Shown: one piece after another, positions 12,547-23,800 of the stretch
Position numbering within the stretch: position 1 is the first letter of the stretch
Layout: each line of letters starts with the position of its first letter
NCBI GenBank assembly: GCA_965649765.1
Contig: OZ287748.1
Span: forward strand, 68,386,001-68,450,000
Direction: 5' to 3'
Source of the DNA: Bispira polyomma
Lineage: Eukaryota
DNA length: 64,000 nucleotides
The notes under the pieces: model-generated
What the model saw: the letters and a program-made list of their open reading frames with translations, nothing else
The model's database searches: none
What the model was told of the DNA's origin: nothing
Made by a program: the position numbers and the translations under genes

Positions 12547-15500
12547 TATCTTTGTGAAAACAAGTAAAAATATAAAATGCCTAAAAACATTTACGAATAA
12601 GCTCACAAAAAAGAACAACATAGAATAATAATAAGTTAATATCTATGATACTGTATATATTAAGGTAACTCTAAATACTAGTTTCAACTATGATCTCATA
12701 TACAATTAAAAAACTAGTTTTACTGTGACTACAGATAATGGTGACCTTATTATTGATATGAGTTCCAATTTGCAGCTTCAGTAAGAGTTTTGTAACCATA
12801 GTCTGCAGACGAATCTCAAAACGTCAACTCTAGCCTTAAGGTCAAGCTTTGCGGTCTCCATATCTTTGGCTTAAGGTAGAGCCAAAGTAGAATATAAGTA
12901 GAATCTGACCACATCTTTGAATTCAGTGATAAAATCTCTATTTAAATAAATGTGTATAGGTTTTTTTCAATATACAGGAATTACACACAGACTTCACTTG
13001 AGTTGGGTTTAAGTTTAGACCTTTGGTTGAGTTTGGTTGTATTTGTGTAAAATCCTTTTGACGTGGGCACAGCACTGTGATAATGAGCCTAAAATAAAGA
13101 ATGGTAACTTCATGCAGGTAGAATGTCCTCTTGTTTTTCGAGGTGTTATATTTCCCAGGTGCCACCTTGATAAACCTGTCCATGTGATAATTATTACAAC
13201 AACAAGAAGCTATATGTTAACTAAGTGATGTTTGTACTATATCTTGACAATTAAAGCGTCTACTCTTATTCAGCTAGTATATTTTGATGGTTTCGCCTAT
13301 AGAAAATACGTAAGAAGACGTTTCAATTTATGATTTGTGTTGCATCAACAACGTTGATGATAATATGAATAAAACAAATGTTCTATTTTCTATTTTCCAA
13401 TCGCTGGAGTGTTTTGTTTTTTTTTGTTTTTTTTTTAATAATGTTTTGAAGTTATTCCCTAATTAAAAGATATAGACATAGTATTGTACTAGAATAATTG
13501 TATGTCAAAAAAATATACCTAATTGTTTGTGTAAATTAGGTAAATAAATAAAATTATGATTATTATTATTATTATTAATTGGGGAATCAAAAAAAAACTT
13601 TAATGTTATAGAATGTTGACGTTTGATAACCTGAGGCTACCCTTTGATTTATATTTATAATGTTATATCATTTAAATTACAATTTGATCACAGATAAATT
13701 TGGTACTATCTCTGAGTACCAATATATCTTGATATTGTTTTGGACAAGCCAACAAAATAACAATGAACTTGTACACATATATTGGGCGCCTAGTTTTCAT
13801 ATCATATCATAGTTCTACATTTTGTATAGCTTGCAAAAATCCACAATGTGCTCGTACAGTTTTTTTTGTCATGTCTAATGCTAACAACATCCGGGGCTCT
13901 GTCCAAACACACTTTATATTTTACTTATCTCTGAGATTTCTTTATATGACACAATAGATAAAACAATGAAAATTTACATCATTATAGTATATTACAATAT
14001 ATATTACTATTATAAATAGATTAAGCTGAATAAAGATATTGTACGTAACAAGCTACAAAAAATTGCCCTATTTAATCAGTTTCCACTTTAGTTTGACTAA
14101 TAATGCCGTTAATTATGTTGTATTTAAAACTTAAAATATTTAAAAACCACTTCTTTGCATATCTCGAGCCCGGACTATATCTGATATTGGGAAGATTGTG
14201 AGAAAGAAATCCAAGAGTCGTGGGGGGGGGGGGGGGGGGGATAAAATTCAGAATGTCCTCGTGCATTACAAATCCCCCAAAAAGTTTAAGTATATGTCTA
14301 TTGTGTGAACATGTATTACCCATTTTTTTTTAATAAATCTACATAAATGTAAGCTTTGTCCACAGTTAAGAAACAAATCTCTATTGAGGGTATTTCAATG
14401 CAATCCATTTTTAAGCACATCAGTACCTTTTGTGAATATTCACGAGCTCAAGGAAATAAAAAAAACTAGCCTTCAGGCGTATATCTCACTTTGGGAAACC
14501 AGACCCTTGTATACACACTAGACCATCATGCACCATCGTAATGCTCTCGCTCAGATCTCTCAACTAAATACACTGTAAATCAGTGGACACTTTAGATAGA
14601 AGAAAATTTCACTAATTTGTAATTTTGAGAAGTTCACTGGAATAAATTTTTACTATTATTGGCTGTTGATTTTTAGGTAAAATAGAAGTTTAAATTTATA
14701 ATGGAAATTTATTTTCACCACCCAAATAAATTAGCTAAAATTACTTTCTAGTGACACTTTCCAAGGTGTGTTTACAGATTAGTATGTTAAATAACACTAA
14801 GATATACATGTATTTAAGCAGAGGTAAAACAAACTATCTAATTGTTATTGATACTTCAGTGAACATGTTACTCTCATTGTAAGGTACAATGCAAGTTTAA
14901 ATGTTTACCAGAAATTAATTTTCACTATACCAACCCCATTTGTTAGCTAATATAACTAAAACTAATTCTCAATAAAAAAAATCATTTATACAGTAGTTGT
15001 AGCCCACCATTTAAGGTTAATCAGAAACTGTCCCTGTTCCCTTTACTGGTGCTCTGAATGAGTCCATAACTGACTATATAAACCTCAGACTACTTATGCC
15101 ACATTTTAAGCGGTAAACTAGTTTGGCTTCCAGAAGAAAAACTAACATCCATAAAGTTCACATATATGTAACTACTTCTTGTAGCAAAAGCAGATGTAGT
15201 GGGAAGCTTTCCTTCTGAGGAAACGATTCTGAGAAAATGTCTTAGATGTCAACATTTTTTTTTTTTTTTTTGATAGTGCCCGATTAAAATGACATGGTGT
15301 GCTTCTATATTTATCATGTAATACACCTGGTCTCTGGATGTATTGACAAACTCAACTTATCTAGAAACCTAAAAATATATCTTAGTGTTCAGTGGCGAAT
15401 TATGTATTTAATCAAATACAAATTATTCTTTTTTAGATTAAAAGTTAAAAAAAAAAAACTTAAGCTGAGGGCAAGGCTAATGTCAATGCATCACGTTTCA

Positions 15501-16613
15501 AAATAGACAAAAAACACGTCCACATTTTACTGTCGTTTCACAGCCCTAAAAGTACAGGACAGAACTGTTAAATGTGTCTTTATGCTGATCAAATATCTTA
15601 TATATATACTATATAGCTTAGTTAAGATTCAGATTAAAGACCAAAAGACTAAAAAAATAATTAAATGGCCAAATTTCGTTATTGCTGGTAAAAAAAAACT
15701 AATAAAGAAAACTATATGCATATAAAAGTAAATCTAGGCAAATCTATTCAGTTAGCAGGTGAAACTTTTCAATGTTTCTTCATGTATTTTAATGGGAAAA
15801 AGTAAGGTCACATTAATTTTGTATTATAAATAAGGAGGCATTATCAAGTGTAATTATAAGTGACACTGTGAAAAAGGTAGTCAATCATCAAAAGGTGGTA
15901 GTTTTGATTTTTTACCTCAGATGGCCTACATAAATATCTATCACATCTGGATCATTTCTTCACCAGTATTAATAAACAACTCCAAGTGTTTCAGTGCAAT
16001 AATGTCTTATCTATAAACAAGAACATCCATATACTGTAATTTATATAAAAAGGGCCCCGGGGCTTTGTGTTATTCCGAAAGGGGGCGCCATTATTAAAGA
16101 TAACAAAAATCAGAGTAGTATGTAAAACAAGAATTACCCTTTAAATAGGCAGATCGGAATGACATGAAGGCCACTTTATGTAAGTCTATTATAGCTAGCT
16201 ATTTTAATATCATCTTAATTTTACAGGCACCGAGCTAACACGTCAATTAAAGTGTCAATTAAAGTGTTCCGACCCCCCCACTGGTTTTGGACGTTATGGT
16301 GTGTTAGCTTTGTAGACCTGTCGTACAGCTAACCCTCTAGTTCGAGGTCTTCCGACTAAAAACAATTCGGCATCCAGACATAGCTTAACTGAAGGCCAAT
16401 CAAATTACACTCTGATCACCATTAGCATACAATTATCTAATAATACAAGTCAATATTTTAACATTTCCAACACTGCCTCCCTAGTGTAGAGCCTGCTCAA
16501 ACATTGTCATTTAAGGCCTTCCTAAGGCTCCAGTTTCGTGAATAATAAAGTTTTACTGAGTTTTAGAAATAGTCACCTAAATATAGATTTTACACCTGAA
16601 TAACATAATGTCC

Positions 16614-17118
16614 CCTTAATGGGCCGGTCCCACCGGATTTACGTTAGGATTTGTAAGTCATGCATGGCCTTGTAAAATATTTGATGCAAAACGTCAGGCA
16701 AAACTAGAAATTAGCGATTTTCTCCACGTTGAAGGCTTCAACAGACGTTGAAAATGATGTATTAGTAGGTCAAAAGCTGTAAAGTCTCGCAGGGGATGCA
16801 TAAGTTTACGTCCAAGTACGTATTTGAACCCCCATAAGACATGTATGAGTACGCCAATACATGTAAATGGACTTCATAATGATGCACATTTACACACTGT
16901 GACGCATATCCACGTTTCAGTACGTCATATTTTTGCATCTTTTGTGTGTCCAAATTTCAAACGGTTTAAAATTATAAATTAGTTGCATCTCATCTCTCAT
17001 GCCAGATTATGTATATTTATGTATGTTATGTTAACTCCTGCATATTCCATGCAAACCCTTCGCAAATTAATTTTCTAACGAGTCCTAACGTGACGGCCAG
17101 TGGGACCAGGACATAAGG
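16614..17118. mobile_element. CpG-rich MITE just upstream of the candidate ferroportin promoter
   Basis: Imperfect TIRs ggtcccaccgg...acgttagga / tcctaacgt...ccagtgggacc; related end at about 18230. Confidence 0.65.
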
Positions 17119-17200
17119 CTGGTTAACATAAAGCATGGTGTGAACCCTGACTTTCATGCCACTTTTGTCTCCTTCAACTGTCGCATAGAATTACAGTGTT

Positions 17201-17379
17201 CCAATCACATGCACCAAGGGCAATAATATCAGGAGTTGTATGTACCTTTTGTCTCAAGCGATTATTGGCATTTGATTATTGGCTTCCTGCAAACCACCCT
17301 TAACGTATATCACTCTTGCCATTTTAACTAAAGAAGCTAGCTATGTATATAGAGTGACAACATCTGGTTAAATCATTTT
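17201..17379 (+). promoter_or_regulatory. Candidate ferroportin core promoter (CCAAT boxes, TATA-like, Inr-like)
   Basis: CCAAT 17201, ATTGG 17264 and 17278, TATATAG 17346, TCATTT with A at 17375 (29 nt after TATA start), followed by consensus donor AAG|gtgagt at 17533/17534. Confidence 0.45.
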
Positions 17380-17533
17380 TACTTATGTTGCTCAAAGGAA
17401 ATATCGGTTCAGGTTCTGCAGCATTTCTTTCCTTTGGGATAATCAAATGAGAAGTCTACATATACTTGGCTTCAAAATAAATGCACCTCCTTATAGAAAG
17501 AAATTAGTACACGGTTTAATGATTCTTTTGAAG
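17375..17533 (+). other. Candidate upstream first exon of ferroportin (5' UTR or alternative N-terminus)
   Basis: Donor AAG|gtgagt at 17534; pyrimidine-rich acceptor ttctgtttactttaaag| ends at 17811, directly before ATG 17812. Confidence 0.5.
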
Positions 17534-17811
17534 GTGAGTATGTATAAAGTATTTGTGAAGAGAAGTCAGACTCTCTGACAAACTCTAGCCTTTATCAGTA
17601 GTGGAGGGTGTCTCTGTATCAGACTTGTGTACTTAAAAATAAAATCTCTCCGAGAGAGCTTGGACAACCAATCATCGTGTAAAGGAGATGACATACACAC
17701 AAGCTTGACACGGAGTTTCGGTATCGAGTGTAGAGGCATTTGGACTGGATTTTAATTGTTACATATTTGTTTGTGTATTTTGGTGGAGGGTTAATTCTGT
17801 TTACTTTAAAG

Positions 17812-17833
17812 ATGGCAGGTGAATCCAGATCTG
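17812..17833 (+). CDS. SLC40A1: Ferroportin coding exon 1 (MAGESRS-)
   Basis: aagATGG in strong Kozak context; donor G|gtaagt at 17833/17834; phase 1 matches exon 2. Confidence 0.7.
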
Positions 17834-20800
17834 GTAAGTTAGTTGTTTAAAATTTATGTAAAAATAGTGAATGACAAAACATGTGTACAATCAATATTCA
17901 GTAAAAAGAGCTGGCAATGTTTTGTGTGTTTTATGTTTTTATCAGTGAACTAGTTCATTTAAATACAAAGATTGCATTGTTATAGTTTATGGTCAGTCAA
18001 GGTATTATTATTATAAATACAGGTACAATCGATACTGGCAGTGAATGTGGTTCTATATGAGGTCTTTTAAGAGTGTTTGTTTTGTTGTTAATCCACCAAT
18101 GCATTTATTTTGAGAAAAAAAAACACCCATCCAGGACAGTTGTTCATTGTTCCATGACGTATAAAATATCTGTGGATTGGTGATAATACTCAAACCTGTC
18201 TTTAAAGTCACATACTTGTGAGGCCTTAATTATGTCTGGGTCCCACTGTGGCGAATTTTGATTGCAAATGCCAGCAAATCCCGATTCTTCATTATTCTTC
18301 CCTGTTCTTCATTCCTCGTGTTGGGCTCCAAGAATTGTTCAAATCAAGGCACTACACCTATTATTCTTAAAAGGTTACACAATTCTTGTATGCTATTTAA
18401 TTGTGTCAACCAACGATATGCGACAGTGAATTTGTTATCTCTTTATAATTTTTTTTAAAACTCATATATAAAAGTTTTTGGGAATGGGAGTAAACGGCTC
18501 TATAGAACCCAAAGGTGTGAAAACTTCATATAACAGACTTAGTACACAAGTGTTTGATAAATAAAAGTAAATGGCTCTATAGAACACAAAGGTGTGAACA
18601 CCACATAACTTAGCAAAGTCCTATTAGGCTTAAATATAATATATGGGCCAAGATGTTAGATGTTAACTCCAGTTCATACAAGTCCTTAAGAATGGGAGTA
18701 AATGGCTTTATAAAATACAAAGGTGTGGACACCACATAACAGACTTTAATCTAGTATACGTAAATAGACTTGTTGACTACATTTAAGAGCTTTATAGGTA
18801 AAGATAGACTGGTTGACTGTATTTAAAAGTATATATATAGACTGGTTGACTGTATTTAAAAGTATATATATAGACTGGCTGACTGTATTTAAGAGCTCTG
18901 TATGTAAAGATGGACTGGTTGACTACATTTAAGAGCTCTGTATGTAAAGATGGACTGGTTGACTACATTTAAGAGCTCTGTATGTAAAGATGAACTGGTT
19001 GATTGTATTTAAAAGTACATATATAGACTGGTTGACTGTCGAACTGATTGCATCCTGTTTTAATGGGACACCTACCACGATCGAACTTGAGATCTGTACT
19101 AAAACTTCCCCGGCCTTCCCGACCTAGGTTAAGATCGAACTTACTGGCGATAGGATCTAACATATTTAGGATCGAAATTATCAGCAATACGATCTGACGC
19201 ATTCATATCCCTGACCATAAGAATCGAACTTCTGAAAAGTCAAAGTCGGGACTGTTATTGTAAAATATCTGACAAAATGTGCTAAAATAAAAGAAATAAA
19301 TCTGTTTTGACCTCATTTTCGATGAAAGTTTGTTGCAAATACGTTTTATCGTTCATAAACTGCACCGGAAGTGGGTTTGATATCGCAAAGGTAAACAACT
19401 TTTAAACTGGGCCCGTATTCACTAACGGTCTTAAACTAAGTCAAAACTTAGGCTAAGCCCAGTCTTAAATCTAAGACTTTTGTCTTAGCTAAGTTTTGTC
19501 TTAAAATGGTATTCACAAAAGGTGACTTAGCTAAGACTATGTTAAGACAAAAGTCTTAAATTTAAATTGTTCTTTTTACTATTATACAAAATATTATTTA
19601 CATTTTTACACATACACATATACTATATAATTAATTATGGCTATATGAACTTCCCAGAGTAAAAAAAAAATCATTAAATAAGAAATTATTTTCTTTCATT
19701 GGACTTAGACTTAAGAAATGCCTAAGACTGGCTAAGTCCCCTTCAAAGAATATATGATTCAAAATATGTTAGGAATAATACTACTTTTTGTTTGACTTAT
19801 CACAGGTTACAGTAAGGATTGTTTGCTATTTGATACCATAATACCATAGTTAAATGTTTATAGTTTGTCATGCACTTCAAATTTACAATGTTTTATTTGT
19901 AAAAGTTGTGTAAAAACCCTAAGACTTTTTACTATAAAGTTAAGCCCACTACCTACCTGTCTTAAAGTTAAGCCCTTGGCTAAGCTAAAACTTAGACTTA
20001 GCTGCTTTGTGAATACCGCTAAGACTAAGACTTTTGTCTTAGTCTTATTTCCCCAAAAGTTAAGACAAAAGTCTTAACTTTAAGCCTAAGACTTGGCTAA
20101 GTCTGTTAGTGAATATGGCCCCAGGTATCCGCTATTGCAACTATTATTGTAAAATATCTGACAAAATGGGCTTATATAAGAAGTTATGTGTTTTCATACA
20201 TTTATTCTTCCCAACCTTCCAGACCACCCCGTTTTCCCCCCCGACCAATACGTTTTAACAGGCTAGTAATAGGACAGGCCTGGAGTGAGATAAGACCTAT
20301 CAGACAGAACGTAATGACAATCCGATCAAACTTATTTGCCGAAGTCGTTTTTACAGGTCCAGGACGCAAGTCAGTACACTTTTTGAAAATATTCAGCATG
20401 TTGAATATTCTTCCCGACCTTCCCGACAAGCCCACTTTTTGCCCCTAACCTATATGTTTCACCACTTTTTCTGTTATCGATCACAAAGTCGGGAAGGTCG
20501 GTGACCAAATCCTGATAGTGGAACCACCATTTGCATGCTGATGATATAAATGCTATTTGTTCTGTTCACAGAGAGGTTAGGTGATTGGTTCCGAGGACCT
20601 CTGTTCCTGTTGTATATCAACTATTTCTCTGTCACCTGGGTGAGTACTTTATACAAGACTATATAAGACCACATCACTGTTATGTTATAACTTACTCATC
20701 TTGTGTAATATACTTTGTGTATAAAAAACTTATATTGACAGTCAAAATGTGATAGTACAGTCAAACCCCTTTAAGTGGAACTTTCTTAAATAAATTTCCT

Positions 20801-23800
20801 GATTATAAGGACCACAATTTTGCAGTCAGGCCTTTCATTTTAAAATCGACCACGTTAAGTTGCATCCTACTTAATTAAGTAGAAGGATATCTTCTGGTCT
20901 ATTGACTTAAAAGGATACACTAATATATATATAAATACAGTAGATCTAAGCTGTATGATGGGAACATATCGAGAAAGCAAGATTTTGTTTGGATAACAGA
21001 AGATTCATAAAATAGAAGAGTCATTACAGTATAACAAGTACTAAAAAATACAAAAGTGGGAGAGTAAAATTTTGTTCATAAAATGGAATATTTGGATAAC
21101 AGAAGTTCAGATAATAAAGGTTTCACTATAGTTATGCTGCATGTACTTGTCTTTTGTTAGCTCTTATTACAAACTGAATATTCTGCTTTTATATCACAGA
21201 AGAATATCTGTTATCCAAGCTTCTATTATCTTAATATTAAATTTTATGAACTTAAGGTATCAATGTGGATATCCTATTCCATAGCTCTTACAAACTGAAT
21301 ATATTCTGTTTATATATTACAGAAGAACCTCTATTATCCAAACGTCTATTATCTAAATATTTAATTTTATGAACTCACTTTCTCTCTCTCACAACTTAAG
21401 AGTTTTTCATATTGTGCCATACTTTAATACCTCTTCTATTTAATGAACCCTCTACTATTATTCATTTATCCAAACAAAATCTAGCTCTCTAAAGATGCTT
21501 CAATAATAGAAGTTCTAATGTATATATTGTTGTCATTTCAGGGCAACCGTATGTGGAACTTTGCGCTTGGTTTATTTTTTGTGAATATTGCTGACCAAGA
21601 GCTCAGATTAACAGCCATCTATGGCTTTGCTATGGGAGGATCTGTGCTGTTGTTTGGAGGGATGGTGGGCAACTGGGTGGATAGAACCAACAGGCTAACA
21701 GGTGAAAGTAGTACATAAAGGCTCTCAAAGTTCTCCTTGTATAACATAACATAAATGTTTTATATAGCACTCAACTGGTATGGTTTGTTTTCTTAACCAA
21801 ATTGTAACTCTGTATGTTTTTGATATCCTCTTGCAAACTGTTCTATGAATTTGGTCCAAAGACACTAACACTACGGTCTGCAAATATTTTACAAAATTTA
21901 CCCACTATTGCGAGATCCAAGTGAATATCCAGTGTCTTTCCTCTCTTTGATTAAATTTTGAAAATACTTAGGTGCCATGCTGTGAATGTATCTATGGACC
22001 AATGTTAAAACTATGAAGATTATCCTGTAGCGAATTGACAACCAGTGCAGAGTTTTCGTTGTATCAAAACGTTCAAAATGTCAAGCTAATGCCTTGCTTC
22101 CATCCATACACAAATGTCATCCATACACATCCGATGTAGCCTAAATTTTTTGACTCCTTGTATATTCTTTAGAGTATATCCATGTCACATATATCTGAAA
22201 AATCACCAAAATACTAGTTTTCTTTCAGTCGTGTGTACTTCTTTTATTGACTGACTTTTTCCTGTACTTTTCTTTGACCTAGTGGTCAGCCAGTTGGTCT
22301 GGTAATCAGAAAGTTCCCGCTTCAATGCCAAAATGGCTATTGGGGGATAACATCCTTGGGCTAGATGTGTACACTGTATTGCCTGTTGATCATGACTAAT
22401 GATATGTTGTAGGAATGTCCCTCAGGACCTTTGTTAGGATGTGTGCCACAGAGGATGCCTTGGTAGTGATCGTAATGCTATAGAAATAAAACAATTAGTA
22501 AAAAAAAACAATTACATTAAGATACTCAATCAGTACTTCTATAAGATCTTACTTCCAGCAGGCAAAGTGGTCTGGTGGTTATAAGTGGGTGTTTTATTGT
22601 ATCCACTGATCCGGTGGATACTTTGGTTTTGCGTACCCTATGCCGCCGCAGAGAGATTTTCGCCGTTAACACTCTCAGCGGAAAACTAGACCAGCCAGTT
22701 TCACCAAATTTGCAGGCTATTTCATTGGAAGGTAAGCTTTTATGCGACTGAAATTAGCCTCATTCTGAAAAACAAGATGGCCGCCATCAGCATTTCTTTG
22801 AAAATTATCCACCTTTTTCTACTGGCTTGTTCTCATAACTAGAAGGTTAAATCTCTTCATAGGTGATATGTATAATATATATATATGTCCTCTACAAGCA
22901 TGCAGACATTTGACCTTGAAGCTCTTCATTGAAGGTTTTCCATGGAGTGCCAAAGTACCCCACATAGCGAACTTTAAAAGTATTTATAACTCGCTTATTA
23001 TTGGTCCTAGAGGTTTGGCATGTGAAGCCTACCTATAGGAAATCATGGGCTGGGAATCTTCTGATGTGGTCCGGTTTGACCTTGGGCCCCTCATTCAAGA
23101 TCAAACACAGTATCCAAACTTAAAAGTGCTTATAATTCGCTTATTATTGGTCCTAGAGGTTTTCATTGTGAAACCAACTTATAGGTAATCATAGGCTGGG
23201 AGTCTTTTGATGTGGTCAGATTTGACCTTGGGCCCCTACTTCAAGGTCAGACGAGGGTAGCCACAGCTTGGGTGCTTCCTACCTAGGGTGCTCTGTCTTT
23301 CTGGTGGATACAAATATGCATCAGTTCTCTGATGTGCTAAGTCAAGTTATCATTAGTTTGTCACCTTAACTACCACTGCTTCTTTTATGTGGAAAAGTGT
23401 GCGAGGTATTCGCTGTAGGTTTCCTTTCAGTGCAAATACTCAAAGATGTTGAAAGTGACGTAAAAACCGAAAACCCCAAGAATTAAGGATAACAAATTTA
23501 ATTTTAATATGTACTTTCAGCTGTGCATACATCTATTAACTCTCAAATACTTATTCAGTACTTCACCTCTAGCTATCTAGACCTATTGACTCCCTTTTTC
23601 CCCCATAGTATCTTTTTTGGCATACTGGTTAAGGAATTGGTCTAGTGATCGAAAGGTCCCAAGTTCAACACTTAGCAATGCCACAATGGTTATTGGGGCA
23701 TAACATCCTTGGGCAAGATGTTCCAGGATGCTCGCTTCCAGACCTTGATGATACCTTAAGCAATTGTTTACAAATCTGACACTGAACTTTTGCTTAAGGT

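Noticed and set aside
14222-14240. Poly-G/C tracts (also about 11043 and 38372-38394) giving poly-Pro ORFs
   Set aside because: Simple homopolymers without coding evidence
17185-17206. CAGTGT upstream of ferroportin as an iron-responsive element
   Set aside because: Flanks aatta/tccaa do not form the 5-bp upper stem, there is no bulged C, and it lies upstream of the likely TSS
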